From the IMG/VR virus record IMGVR_UViG_3300021185_001231: a stretch of DNA of 64,000 nucleotides; one strand, 5' to 3'. Shown piece after piece: positions 27,209-38,600 of this stretch. This DNA comes from a virus. The translations under genes and the position numbers were made by a program. The first letter of the stretch is position 1. Each line of letters begins with the position of its first letter. The notes below the pieces were generated by a model, which was not told where the DNA came from, did no database searches, and saw only the letters and a program-made list of their open reading frames with translations.

Positions 27209-28732
27209 TTATACTCCAAGTTCATCATCTACTTCGTCGTCGCTTTGTGCATTTTCAGCTTCGACCTGTTTTGCCATATCTTCGATATCTTCATCACCAA
27301 ATCTCATGACATTCTTCATTACCCACTCACGCGAGAAATATTCGCCTACATACTGAGAGACTTGATCCATAGTCTGGAGTCTTTCTCTAAGTATTTCCGA
27401 TTCTTTTAGTTCCGCAAAGTGATTGTCTCGCAAGAAGTCAACGTTGATATCTGACTTCCAACTTTCCCAATCTAGCTCAGTGCACACACCTTTCAGAAGC
27501 AATTGTTTCTTAAGAATTGATATGAATAGATTAGAAAATTTCTTTCTTAATCTATCGACAAACTTCTGAAACTTAACTTCGTCTCTGTTTATCTCTGTAG
27601 CTCTACCAAGACTAAACTGAGCTTCCTGTTCCAAACGATTCATAGGAACATTTAATGAACGATACACCTTCTTTTGGAAGTAAACAATATCATCAATCTG
27701 ACCTAAGTTTTCTCCGCCTGGTAGTGTACTAATCTCAGTACCTCGACCACCTTCACGTCTGGGTAACCAGAAGTCTTCAAGCATAGACATATGCTTTCGG
27801 TCATCCTTCATTTCACCAGTACTTGCATCATAGACTAACTTGTTTCTATAACGAGTCATAATGTCTTTCATGTGTTGTTCCGCTTTACCCTTGGGTAAGT
27901 TACCAACATCTATATAAAAGATTCTACGTTCTGGTGCACGTGCAAGTCTATAGATAACCAAAGAGTCTTCCATCATCCTTAACTGGTTAACTGGTTTGAT
28001 AACCTTATGTAGGTGAGAAATAACTCTCTTCTTTTCTGGGTCCAATAGACCCGAAGTAACATACGAAACAGAATCTGGAGACAACTTTACGCCTTGATTA
28101 GAGCCTGCTTTCTCTTGATAAATGTAAAATTCTTTTACCTTATCTACAAGTTTAGCTCCCGTAACTGGATCCTTTTTGTATTCTACCTCTTTCACTTTTC
28201 TTATTTTTGTGGCATCTACAGGACGTATCTCCTGAATACCAGCTTTCAAATTACTTTCGTTGACCAATAGATGATGATATATTCTGCCATCGACATACCA
28301 ACTACGGAACAGATCATGACCATGTTCTTCAAAATTTAACATAGAACATATAGCGTCAAACTCTTCATGTAAAGTTTTCTTAATCTTATCGGTAGTTTCT
28401 ACTTTATCCAAATCTAATGATACCGAAGCTTCTAATTCTGAAGCCACTACAGATTCATTAACAATATCCTCGATTGCAGCATCCACCTCTGGGTGTTCCG
28501 CAATACCTCGATATTTTTTGATTAACTGATGGTTGTCCTTAGCGGACTTACCATTCATATCAACATACTGACCAAAGTGTGAACCGGAAGCGGTTATATA
28601 ACCAGCTCCATCCTCATCAATCTTGGGAACTATGGAAGGAAGTTTTTTGTTTTCCTCACCAGAAGATTGTGACTTGGATCTTTTTAATTCGAATCCAAAT
28701 GCTTTTAGAATACTATTGTCTTGATCTGCCAT
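27209..28732 (-). CDS. gp20: portal protein (gp20)
   Basis: WYVDGR, YRLARAPERRIFYIDVGN, EDFWLPRREGGRGTEI. Confidence 0.98.
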   Translation of the reverse strand: MADQDNSILKAFGFELKRSKSQSSGEENKKLPSIVPKIDEDGAGYITASGSHFGQYVDMNGKSAKDNHQLIKKYRGIAEHPEVDAAIEDIVNESVVASELEASVSLDLDKVETTDKIKKTLHEEFDAICSMLNFEEHGHDLFRSWYVDGRIYHHLLVNESNLKAGIQEIRPVDATKIRKVKEVEYKKDPVTGAKLVDKVKEFYIYQEKAGSNQGVKLSPDSVSYVTSGLLDPEKKRVISHLHKVIKPVNQLRMMEDSLVIYRLARAPERRIFYIDVGNLPKGKAEQHMKDIMTRYRNKLVYDASTGEMKDDRKHMSMLEDFWLPRREGGRGTEISTLPGGENLGQIDDIVYFQKKVYRSLNVPMNRLEQEAQFSLGRATEINRDEVKFQKFVDRLRKKFSNLFISILKKQLLLKGVCTELDWESWKSDINVDFLRDNHFAELKESEILRERLQTMDQVSQYVGEYFSREWVMKNVMRFGDEDIEDMAKQVEAENAQSDDEVDDELGV

Positions 28733-28755
28733 ACCTTTACCCTATAATATAATAT

Positions 28756-28793
28756 GGAGGGAAGAAACCTTCCCCCCGTATCATATACTTATA
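28756..28793 (-). terminator. hairpin after gp19 with adjacent TATAAGTA late-promoter variant
   Basis: GGGGGAAG-GTTT-CTTCCCTCC stem; TATAAGTA at 28786-28793. Confidence 0.55.
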
Positions 28794-28799
28794 CCAATA

Positions 28800-29324
28800 T
28801 TAACTAGTAGTATCTGCTTCCCAGTACTGTACTTGGAACTCCACAGTGAACTCTTCTAGAGTATCTACTGTATCATAACTTAACTCGATAGCACTTAAGT
28901 TTGTCGGAAAACATCCACGGAACTTATAAGTCTTAAGGACTGATCCATCTTTATCTAATTGTTCTACAAGTAGGTCAGCTTGGTATGCTACAGGGTTAGT
29001 TATACCTGTATTTGCACTATGACCGTTCATCCCATTCATCCACCTTTCCAAAGCATTACGCACTTCGAAACCAGTGTCGTTAATTACAGTAGGAGACCAT
29101 ACTTCAAAAGTACGATCACCAGCAATCTTTAACTGACGACCACGGAAAGGAACCTCAATAACATTCATGATTGATGCTGGCAATTGCGCAGCTTTACACA
29201 TAAATGAAGTGAGTTCCACATCACCACCGGCATATACTGGGAAGTTGACTGTTGCACGGAATAAATTAGGACGTGCACCACCACCTTTTAATTTTGCTTT
29301 AAAATCATCTACTCTTAATGACAT
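28800..29324 (-). CDS. gp19: tail tube protein (gp19)
   Basis: GGARPNLF, FRGRQLKIAGDRTF..W, FPT.LS.IEL. Confidence 0.96.
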   Translation of the reverse strand: MSLRVDDFKAKLKGGGARPNLFRATVNFPVYAGGDVELTSFMCKAAQLPASIMNVIEVPFRGRQLKIAGDRTFEVWSPTVINDTGFEVRNALERWMNGMNGHSANTGITNPVAYQADLLVEQLDKDGSVLKTYKFRGCFPTNLSAIELSYDTVDTLEEFTVEFQVQYWEADTTS

Positions 29325-29335
29325 GACTATTCCCC

Positions 29336-30850
29336 TTATACTGTGCCAACGACTTCTTCAAAATCAACACCAGTTCTAACAGCTACGAAGTTTAGAGTTA
29401 CGTAGTTGATTGAACGTGCTGGTTTGATGAAGCAAGATGCTATAAATTCGTTACGGTCAATAACCTCTGGAGTATTGTTTGTTTCATCACAAACAACTCG
29501 GAAATCACTGATACCACGACGACCCTGAATTTCTCTTAGGAATGGTTCTACAATATTGACAAACTCTGCACGAGTGAATTCATCGTTGAATTCAAACATA
29601 ACGTTTTGTCCAGCTTCGCTTATCGCTCTTTCAATTACTAAGAATAATCGACGAACATTAATACGATCGAATGCTGAAGGACGTTTTAGATGAGTTTTAT
29701 CACCGAGCAACATAATACCTTGACCCGACATACTTACAATTGGATTAACACCTAACTTGTACTGTTCATCACGTTGAGTCTTAGTTGGATTATGTGCTAG
29801 TTCAGTTACCCCTAGGTACTGACCTCGACGTGATCCAGCTGGCGAGAACCATGGCGCTGAAACCGCATCGGATGCTGCCATAATACCAGCTGTTGATGAT
29901 GCAGCGGGAATGAAGACATATTTATCATTGTACTTATCGTAAACTTTCAACCAATTTGAATCTACTACCAAGTAAGAAGTGTTGTAATTGTTCGCAGTGA
30001 TATATCCAGAGACATCACCAGAAGTTGCGGAATTGTAATCCACAGAAACCACAGCAACACAATCCTTTCGTTGTTCCGCAATAGAAACTAACTTAGAATA
30101 GAGAGATGGGATGTCATTTAGACCTCCAGCTGGACCAATCAAAAAGTCGATCTGAATTTCTTCTTTGTTTTCAAATTTATCGTAACCGTCCATATAGTGG
30201 CTTGTGTTTGGATTGCCATCAGTACCACCACCAAGATCGAAATCTATAAATGTTGGGACTGACGTAAAGTTTATCCAAGAAGAACGATTTGCAATAACAT
30301 CGACGATATAATTAGTAGTTCCATTAGTTGTTAGTGCACCATCAACAGTTGAAAGATATTCGAAAGTTTCGGTAATAACACCGTCTACTAACACAACAAC
30401 ATGTACCTCATCACCTTCTGGCGCTGAAGTAAACGCGGATGCGTAAGTCCAATTATCGAATTCATTAGTGAGTTGGTCAGAGTCAGCAGCATCTATTGGA
30501 CCACATACTGAAACGTCGATTTTGTTTCCAAGAGAGCCTGGATATTTACCCTGACAAACACCATCGGATGATTTAGCGCCTGGATTAACGTTTACAACAT
30601 ATAAACTTGAGGAGTATTTTAGGAAGTATGAAGCGGAAAGGAAATCTCCTACATTCACGGTTCCGGTGTTAGGGTTTCCGAAAACAGAGGCCAATTCAGA
30701 TTCATTACCGATTAGAATTGGTTTGTTGACAGGACCCCAATTGAAGTCACCTACTAATGCACCAGTCGTAGAAGTGACAGCAGGAACCGTTCCTGTCAAG
30801 TCAATTTCTTTGATCTGTACTGCTGGTGACTCAGAAAATTTAAGAGTCAT
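29336..30850 (-). CDS. gp18: tail sheath protein (gp18)
   Basis: SPAVQIKEIDLT, WFSPAG..RG, SAFDRINVRRLF, FEFNDEFTR, IKPARSIN. Confidence 0.96.
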   Translation of the reverse strand: MTLKFSESPAVQIKEIDLTGTVPAVTSTTGALVGDFNWGPVNKPILIGNESELASVFGNPNTGTVNVGDFLSASYFLKYSSSLYVVNVNPGAKSSDGVCQGKYPGSLGNKIDVSVCGPIDAADSDQLTNEFDNWTYASAFTSAPEGDEVHVVVLVDGVITETFEYLSTVDGALTTNGTTNYIVDVIANRSSWINFTSVPTFIDFDLGGGTDGNPNTSHYMDGYDKFENKEEIQIDFLIGPAGGLNDIPSLYSKLVSIAEQRKDCVAVVSVDYNSATSGDVSGYITANNYNTSYLVVDSNWLKVYDKYNDKYVFIPAASSTAGIMAASDAVSAPWFSPAGSRRGQYLGVTELAHNPTKTQRDEQYKLGVNPIVSMSGQGIMLLGDKTHLKRPSAFDRINVRRLFLVIERAISEAGQNVMFEFNDEFTRAEFVNIVEPFLREIQGRRGISDFRVVCDETNNTPEVIDRNEFIASCFIKPARSINYVTLNFVAVRTGVDFEEVVGTV

Positions 30851-30916
30851 GATAGTGTCCTTTTTAGTTAAGGTATAATAAGTTAGTCATAATACGGAAT
30901 TCTTTCTCAATAGTTC

Positions 30917-30924
30917 TATTTATA
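30917..30924 (-). promoter_or_regulatory. T4-type late promoter
   Basis: TATAAATA upstream of gp18. Confidence 0.8.
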
Positions 30925-30941
30925 ATTATTCTATCTTTGAC

Positions 30942-32600
30942 TTACCAGTCTTCGTCAATAATGTGTGTATGACCTATATCATGCCATCCTGTATCGTATA
31001 TATTGTCAGATTCTATCCGATTAATAAAATCTGAACCGTCGTCTATTATACCGAATGGTGGCACATCTTGTTCTATCGCAACCATTTTTTCCTCAAACAT
31101 CATTCTTTTCAAATCTATATCGGTCATATCGGAAAAGAACTGGGTTGATACAAAGTAACCAAACATCACGAGGTTCATCATTAGATCGTCGTGATTTCCA
31201 TTGGAAGCCTCATATGAGGTCCCTTTAGCTGTAAAGGTTGATACTTCTGATATAGTTTGTTCATCGTGAATATCTAATTTATTATTTTCCAACAAATCCT
31301 TTACCGCAGAACATCCAAGTCTTTTCACCTTCCTTGTCATCTCTATACCCAAAGCATTGGCTTTAATAGCCGACTCTGTATGCAAGTTCTCATATTCTAG
31401 TTCATAGTATAAACCATTACAAACTACTTGACCTTGATCGTTAGCTTCGACAACCGTATATGCGTTATTGTAGAGAATCGAATACTTATAAATAATGTTT
31501 GGAAAGAGTATCGGAGAAATACTATTATTGCGATACACCGCAACCTGTTGAAAGGGTTGGACCGTTATATCGATTACGTTGAACGTACTGAAATCCTGAC
31601 CTCTTCCGCGTGCTACATCTACGAGAGTGATGTATTGATGATCCTTGATAGGGTCCTTATATATTAATAGATCTCCCTGTTCTAGGGATCTTTTGTAGGG
31701 TTTCGCCCTCAACTTAAGTAAGGTATCCCCTTTGACTAGGGTATTGCCAGTACCAAAAAAGGTATTTCCGAATTCCTGATCGAATTGCATTTGTGATGTG
31801 TTGGAAATAGTTTCTTCTTTCCATTTGTCGTCTCTGCCGGGCACATCCCACCAATTAACTTCGAATGATTTGTACTCGTTGACTTTTTGTTTTGCACCTG
31901 TCCAAATCCTCTCGAATACATTACCGATACCATTCGCGGTAGAAGTAATAATAACCTTGGTATTTCTACCGGAGGATACTACTGGGTAGGTTGAAGTGTA
32001 GAACTCTGCATCATTATCCACAAACGCGAACTCGTCTAGAAACAATAGATTTACGGACATACCTCGAATAGAGGAACCAGAAGTTGCAGCTGCAATGATT
32101 CGTGAGTTGTTACTAAGTTCTATAGAACCCTTGTTGAGTGCCTTACATCCCGGCTGTAGAAAGAAGGGAAGATTCTCCAACATAAGTGTCACACGCGCAA
32201 GCATTTCTCTTGCGGTAGCACCTTTGTTCGCAAGAACTGCGATAGTTTTTTCGGGATGAAATAACGCATACCAGAGAAGGTATGCTACAGAACTTATAGA
32301 TTTGCCCGACTGACGACACGCTAATACAATAGAGAATCGATTATCGTTAAAGTGATCGAACATATCTTCTTGATAATCATAGAGATCAAAAGGTACTAGA
32401 CCTTTATCAAGTGATATAATTTTAACATAGGTTCGAGCGAAGTACGATGGATCTTCCATGCACTTTTTATATTCTAGAAGCTTCTTCTGTGTCCACTCCT
32501 CTTGTACACCGTCACGTTTTACGTTAGGGTTTCCGAGATAGTGTGCAGCGGTACTAGATTTCGTTTGATCCAGAACTGTCGATTGCATCTTCTGCTTCAA
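30942..32600 (-). CDS. gp17: terminase large subunit (gp17)
   Basis: RQSGKS, LDEFAF, TSTANG, DVARGRGQDFS, HDDL. Confidence 0.97.
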   Translation of the reverse strand: MKQKMQSTVLDQTKSSTAAHYLGNPNVKRDGVQEEWTQKKLLEYKKCMEDPSYFARTYVKIISLDKGLVPFDLYDYQEDMFDHFNDNRFSIVLACRQSGKSISSVAYLLWYALFHPEKTIAVLANKGATAREMLARVTLMLENLPFFLQPGCKALNKGSIELSNNSRIIAAATSGSSIRGMSVNLLFLDEFAFVDNDAEFYTSTYPVVSSGRNTKVIITSTANGIGNVFERIWTGAKQKVNEYKSFEVNWWDVPGRDDKWKEETISNTSQMQFDQEFGNTFFGTGNTLVKGDTLLKLRAKPYKRSLEQGDLLIYKDPIKDHQYITLVDVARGRGQDFSTFNVIDITVQPFQQVAVYRNNSISPILFPNIIYKYSILYNNAYTVVEANDQGQVVCNGLYYELEYENLHTESAIKANALGIEMTRKVKRLGCSAVKDLLENNKLDIHDEQTISEVSTFTAKGTSYEASNGNHDDLMMNLVMFGYFVSTQFFSDMTDIDLKRMMFEEKMVAIEQDVPPFGIIDDGSDFINRIESDNIYDTGWHDIGHTHIIDEDW

Positions 32601-32952
32601 TCACCTTTTCTTCATTATCAAGGTTTCCCAACATTCTCTGTAAGTCTGTTGTCGAACCTATAAAAACATTATTATTTGTAGTTCCGTTTGGAAGCGCATT
32701 GGTGCTTTCTTCCGGTTTTTTGATGTCCTTATGTTTCTTATTTAGATCCATAAGTTTATCATTAACATCGGAAATATTCTTAATCATTCCCGACAAAACC
32801 TCAAAGGCTCTAGGGTGTTCACTTTCCCTAGCGACCTGTATCATCAACTCAAGAGATTCTCGGCCCTTTTCGATTAAATCGTAATAAGTATCTCTAGAAT
32901 GTTCATAATCATTTTCAATGTTATTTTCTTTATCAGATTTCATTTCCATCAT
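32554..32952 (-). CDS. gp16: terminase small subunit (gp16)
   Basis: DYEHSR, EHPRAFEV, NNVFIGSTTDLQRML. Confidence 0.93.
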   Translation of the reverse strand: MMEMKSDKENNIENDYEHSRDTYYDLIEKGRESLELMIQVARESEHPRAFEVLSGMIKNISDVNDKLMDLNKKHKDIKKPEESTNALPNGTTNNNVFIGSTTDLQRMLGNLDNEEKVIEAEDAIDSSGSNEI

Positions 32953-33718
32953 TATCCAAGTATTTCACATTAAATCCATAGTCACTGTCAGGGCTTACAC
33001 CAATAGGGTCTGGTGTAATATTTATAGTTTCTAGAGGTGGGTTATTCTGTAGATCGGTCAATATACTCAAGGGACTATTAACCTCTCGTATTATTGATTG
33101 GTCCCTATCTGGTCCATAGAAGTTTATCTTCATCTGAAAATCTAATGTATAAATAATCGTCCTTCTCTGTTCCAAACCACTTTCATAGTCATCGGAAAAT
33201 GTCACTCCCTGTAAAACTACAGGTACATCTTCCTTAACGTTGGGGTAGTCTGCGAAAGGTTTTACCGTTAGATTGTATTGTGGCGCGAAATAGGGTATGA
33301 TTTGTTCAACTATCTGCAAAGCATCATCTTGTGACTTCGCATAGATATTTAATTGAAATTGTATATTATACGGAACTCCAGTATAAACCTTTCTGTCTTT
33401 TGTATTATCTGTAGATAGAGATTCTCTGTAGGCGTTAACTTTAGGTAATTGTCTTATAGGATCGTATGCAAGATCAACAATCTCGAAAGACATTCGAGGC
33501 AACTTCATTGCAACTCTACGTTCAGCTTCTTCACCGTTATCCATTGACGACAGTCTTTCTAGAAAGTTTCTCTTCGGGGCATAAGAGAGAGGAACCTTAA
33601 CCTGAGATATAACCTCATTAGAACTATTGGTTCGTATTACATGTATATTGTTAAACAATGATCCAAATATTGATACCGTAGTTCTTACACGCTTATTATA
33701 AAAATGAGTTCCGAACAT
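32933..33718 (-). CDS. gp15: tail sheath stabiliser/terminator (gp15)
   Basis: FGSLFNNI, KVPLSYAPK, LPRMSFE, QIVEQIIPYF.P. Confidence 0.95.
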   Translation of the reverse strand: MFGTHFYNKRVRTTVSIFGSLFNNIHVIRTNSSNEVISQVKVPLSYAPKRNFLERLSSMDNGEEAERRVAMKLPRMSFEIVDLAYDPIRQLPKVNAYRESLSTDNTKDRKVYTGVPYNIQFQLNIYAKSQDDALQIVEQIIPYFAPQYNLTVKPFADYPNVKEDVPVVLQGVTFSDDYESGLEQRRTIIYTLDFQMKINFYGPDRDQSIIREVNSPLSILTDLQNNPPLETINITPDPIGVSPDSDYGFNVKYLDNDGNEI

Positions 33719-34836
33719 TATAATGGATCTCCGAATGGGTTTGACTCACTAAAGTCTAAAAAGTCTGAAGCAAAATCATCAAAGACTTCATTCTGAGACT
33801 CGGTATGGATGTCTTGAATTTCTGTTATAGAAGATGGTATCCAGTTAGCCGTGTCACTAGTGATAAGATTGTTGGTTGTCCATAAATGGAACTTACCGTC
33901 TGTAGCTCCACTATGCGATATGGAAAGAGTTTTAGTGTCACTATTCCAAGTAGTAACTTCCCCCTTCATTGTATATTCACCATTATCCTGTGTTAAAGTT
34001 TGGCCGTCAGTGAATATTCCGCCCGAAGATGGTGGGGAGACTGTGACAGTGGGTGCTGTCGTATAGAGAGAACCTTGATTTGTAATAATACCGCCAGTTA
34101 CTAATCCATTATCTATTTCTAAAGTGACTTCTGCTGTAACCCCAGCAGAGTCTAAAGGTGAAGAGAATGTAACTGTTGGTACTGAAGTGTATGCTTTACC
34201 TGAATTTATAATGTTCAGATCAGTGACCATTCCATTACTATCAATAACTGAGGTGAGAGATGCGGTAGATACCGAGGTCTCTTCCATAACTAATTCATAT
34301 TTGAATGCGGATTCCTGTTCAACAATATCGACTCCCTCGATTCCGGTATCGAAGTCCTCGTCGTTATATTCAAACAACTCACATTGCAATCGGAAAGTAG
34401 GTAATTGACTTAACTGATAGAATGGTGATTCTGTTTCTACCTTCATAATTTGGAAGATAGATTCTGACATAGGAAGGAATATTAAGTCGCCTTCTCTAGG
34501 TCTAAATTTCTGTGATTCGAGATAGTCTCCAATTAAAGATTGCCATCTCTTACGTGCAACAACAAAAGTTGCTTGATCTCTTAACTCAATACCAAATTTG
34601 GTGAATAAATCACCCTCTCCATCAAAACCGTCTTGGTTTTCAATGTACATTTCGACTTTGTATGAATCAGAAAAACGTGAAGGAACATCATCAATAAAGA
34701 CTGGATCTCTATTGATAATTTCCCTTGGGAGATAGTACACGTCTTGTCCATAAAACTGGATAGACTCAATGATCAAATCCTCATAGAGGTTCTGTTCACT
34801 ACGTACCTTTTGACTTATATAACGATTAGTGGCCAT
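33718..34836 (-). CDS. gp14: neck protein (gp14)
   Basis: EQNLYEDLIIESI...G.DVYYLPR, PREGDLI, DFSESNPFG; internal N.G..YT..PTVT insert. Confidence 0.93.
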   Translation of the reverse strand: MATNRYISQKVRSEQNLYEDLIIESIQFYGQDVYYLPREIINRDPVFIDDVPSRFSDSYKVEMYIENQDGFDGEGDLFTKFGIELRDQATFVVARKRWQSLIGDYLESQKFRPREGDLIFLPMSESIFQIMKVETESPFYQLSQLPTFRLQCELFEYNDEDFDTGIEGVDIVEQESAFKYELVMEETSVSTASLTSVIDSNGMVTDLNIINSGKAYTSVPTVTFSSPLDSAGVTAEVTLEIDNGLVTGGIITNQGSLYTTAPTVTVSPPSSGGIFTDGQTLTQDNGEYTMKGEVTTWNSDTKTLSISHSGATDGKFHLWTTNNLITSDTANWIPSSITEIQDIHTESQNEVFDDFASDFLDFSESNPFGDPL

Positions 34837-34837
34837 A

Positions 34838-35590
34838 TTAACCTACAAAGAAGATTGGGCCTTCATCTTCCTCTTCTCGGAACTTCTCCATAATCTTTTC
34901 TATATCTTGGAGAGCGTCTTCATATATCTGACGAGCATTAACAGTAACACCGCCAGGCAGTGTCATACCATCAAACTTTATAAGGTTAGTACCCCATTGT
35001 CTTTTGACAAGAGCTGTAGAATATGATTTAATAAATTTATGATTCCACAATGAATTGTATTCATAATCGGAGTTGGGAGTTCTCATCCCATAAACTTCGA
35101 AAACAACATATTGTCCAACTGGAATCTTGGATTTACTTAAGAAAAAGTTTACTCTATTGTTCTGTCTATCGAATGTTATCTCTGGCAACCCAGAAAGTTT
35201 CATATCTAACAATGATAGATGTTGTTGCATTTGTTCGTAATATGCCATATCACCGGCATAATTATTTAAATCTGTGATATCATTTAACATCATTTGGTAC
35301 TTAATATCAAAGAAGTTTGTTTGTCCTTGTACAGTATTAACGGGCAACATCCTGACAACAGACATGACATCCACACCAAAATCGATGTATCCGTTATCAA
35401 TATCATCCTGTGTTAGTTGATGTGACAAATATTGTCTTTTTGATCCGTCTGGATGATGTTCACGAAACCACTGTAGGGCTTCGTCAATTCTATCGTCCAA
35501 TTGGTCGTCATCAATATTTACTTCTACTACTGGATGTCCTAAAGACCTCAAGCAGTAATCCATCAATTCGTCTTTACTGTTCGGTATCAT
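34838..35590 (-). CDS. gp13: neck protein (gp13)
   Basis: YCLRSLG.PV..N, KRQWGTNL.KF..LPGG. Confidence 0.95.
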   Translation of the reverse strand: MIPNSKDELMDYCLRSLGHPVVEVNIDDDQLDDRIDEALQWFREHHPDGSKRQYLSHQLTQDDIDNGYIDFGVDVMSVVRMLPVNTVQGQTNFFDIKYQMMLNDITDLNNYAGDMAYYEQMQQHLSLLDMKLSGLPEITFDRQNNRVNFFLSKSKIPVGQYVVFEVYGMRTPNSDYEYNSLWNHKFIKSYSTALVKRQWGTNLIKFDGMTLPGGVTVNARQIYEDALQDIEKIMEKFREEEDEGPIFFVG

Positions 35591-35615
35591 ATAACCTATT
35601 CCTATTTTATAACTA

Positions 35616-35637
35616 GGGTGCCACGTTGTGACACCCT
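35616..35637 (-). terminator. hairpin after the 3307-aa gene
   Basis: AGGGTG.CAC/GTG.CACCCT inverted repeat in the intergenic gap. Confidence 0.5.
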
Positions 35638-35641
35638 GTTA

Positions 35642-35649
35642 TATTTATA
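35642..35649 (-). promoter_or_regulatory. T4-type late promoter
   Basis: TATAAATA upstream of gp13. Confidence 0.8.
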
Positions 35650-35656
35650 CAATTTA

Positions 35657-38600
35657 TTAGTTAACGATGTTACCGTTAATGTCATAAATGTCGATACGGA
35701 AGTGTGAACTCTGTTGACCGTCTAACTTTTCAGAGTTGTCTACTGTAAGACTAACTGCATCGCCAGGTTGTAAAGCGCTATCCGCCTTAGCACCTTGAGC
35801 AGCAGTTGCGACATCGGCAGTATTTGCCTTAGTTGCAAGACTATTAGTTATAGTAGATGCAAAGTTCGCGTCGTCACCAAGAGCAGCAGCTAGTTCGTTC
35901 AACGTATCCAATGCCGCAGGGGCAGCGTCTACAGTTGCCGCAACAACACCATCAACATACCCTTTGTTAGCAGCTTGTCCAACGTCTGTCGGAGTATCAA
36001 CTCTAACATCCGAACCACTTAGCATGACAATACCGTCTTGGAAGTCGAATGTTCCGCCAGGACCAGTAATGGATATTGAACCACCAGATGCAACCTGAAG
36101 TTGATCTGTTGCCAAACGACCACTTAGTAGCTCAGTCCACTCATAGTCTGTACCGTTCCACTTGACGAATTCGCCAGCATTAGCGGTAGGAATGTTTAAG
36201 TGTGCATCGACCTCTGCCTTAGTAGCAGTACCGAAACCACTACCAATGATTGTTGACGAACCGAAGTTTACTATAGAACCTTCGAAATCGACAGTTCCTG
36301 TTTGAACTTTTAGGTCATTCGATTCAATTGTGTCAATGAATCCACGGTTAGCGTAAACATCATTAACATCCTTGATGTTGTTCTGACCCATCTCAATGCC
36401 TACTGACAATGCGATATTGGAGTCAGAGTCTACACTGATACCAGCAGTACGTCCGTCCGTTGCAGCAACAACATTATCAACATAAACCTTAGATGCGATT
36501 GTAGATGCATCAACACTAGGAGTGTTTATGGCAACAGTTGGTCCATCTGATTTCCATACACCTTTATGTTCAGCAACTAATATTTCATGGTTGTCTGAAA
36601 CGTCAATATAAGTGTATGATTTATTACCAGAAGACACTCCCTGTTCTAAATCCCAACTATTAGTTGCAACGGTTTTATCTGAGGACGCCATATCAAAGAT
36701 ATAGGCCTTTTTGTTGTTGTAGTCACCCACATTAGAGCCAGGAATAATTACCGCGTCTCCATTTGTCGCAGTCACTGTCTGAGTAGGGCTTGCACCCCAT
36801 CTCATGACGCTACTCGGTCTAGGTATAGTCGCAACTAAATTGTCAGTTCCAACTTCATAAACCAAAGCTGGATTGTCCCCATAAGAATCGGGATAATCAT
36901 GACCAGCATTAGAATTACTATCAACAATTACAATATACTTACTACCCACGGAAACTGTTTTACTACTAACATCACCTTGAGTGCCTGGGTTCGGGCCTTT
37001 TAACCAGTGTCCAAATGTTGAATAAGGAATTACGTGTGTCGCACCAGTGTCGAAATTGTAACCTCGGATATTAGGATCTGATTGCATTCTTCCTGCTACA
37101 TAAACCCAACCAGATGCAGAATGAACATCACAACTGATGTACTGTGGATTAACAACTGGCAACCAAGGTAGACTAATCTCTTCTTGAGTTACCCAATTAG
37201 TCGCACCAAATTCACCACGCGAACCATAATTAGATTGATTGGTAACAATTAGTTTATCGTTACCGACAGATCTTATAAATGCATACACACCATTCTGATT
37301 ACCCCCTGCGGTAATCGTATTATAATCAACAGTGAATAACTTGGAATGACTTCTATGACCACCTATCGCAGTATCGAGATCGTCTATAGAGTATACTTTA
37401 TATCCAGCTCCATTTGAAGAGTAACTATATGCTATGAATACGTGAGTATCCGTGATCTCAGCACTTACAAGTTTCTCTCCTATTGATAAGGCACCGTACA
37501 AATCGTTATTAGATTGTCGTACTATGCTGCCCATATCATATTCACGAATCTCTACACCACTCGCATTATATACTCTAACAGTGTAAGAGATGTCTGTATT
37601 TGATGGGATACCTGAACCAACCCAATTGTTAAAGACCGCAACCACATTTCCATTAGGACTAGTTCTAACATCGACAGCATCTCTAATGTCATCTATGTCG
37701 TCTCTCTTGTAAAAACTTTGCGTTTGTTTCCCAGAATCTGGTTGATAATCAGTAGCTGACCAGTCAACAGTATATGTTGTTGTTGATCCATCAGCAAGTG
37801 ACCAGAAGTCTTCTGGTTGTACCGCAGTGTCTGCCTTAGCACCCTGTGCAGTAGTTGCCTTACCATCAAGAGCAGTAGTAGTTGCAGCATCATCTGCCTT
37901 AGAGGCAAGACTAGTGGTAACTGTTGATGCAAAGTTTGCATCGTCACCTAATGCAGCAGCCAACTCGTTAAGAGTGTCCAATGCGGCAGGAGCAGCATCT
38001 ACGGTTGCAGCAACAACTTGATCAGCATATGCTTTAGCGTCTACTTCTGCTTGATCTGCTTTACTAGTTGCATCAGCACTTGCAGTAGAGATAGCAGATG
38101 TTATTGCAGTTTCCCTAGCAGATGTTTCGGCAGCAATTGCAATTTCCCTAGCAGATGTCTCCACAGAAACTAATGATTCTAGATCCGACTGTAATGAGAA
38201 ACCACCGGCAAGACTAGATACATCCCATCTATTAATACCTTTTGGAGAAGATGATCCACTACCATCATATTCGGTAATATACAATGTCTCGTCATCCGCA
38301 GTGATACCACCGAAGTACCCATAAAACGACTGTGCTGTCGATATAGTCACTGGAGTGGCATTAAGGTCACTCAGATCATAAACTTTCAAAACTCCTTCGT
38401 CTGTTCCCAAGGCACCATATTGATCTGATTTTATCGATCCGATATATAAATGACTAGAAGTCGCATGAAGTGCATTCGAAGGATTTCCACCCAAGTCAAT
38501 TGCAGTCCTAACATTAGAACCAAATTCGTAAACGTTAGCAATTGTATTAGGTGACCAACTAATAAATTTACCACCTCCGATTACTCCATAGTATGAATTC

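Noticed and set aside
1868-32600. Introns, inteins or homing endonucleases in gp41, gp43, gp46, gp17 and gp23
   Set aside because: All are uninterrupted and of ordinary length; no LAGLIDADG, HNH or GIY-YIG ORFs recognised
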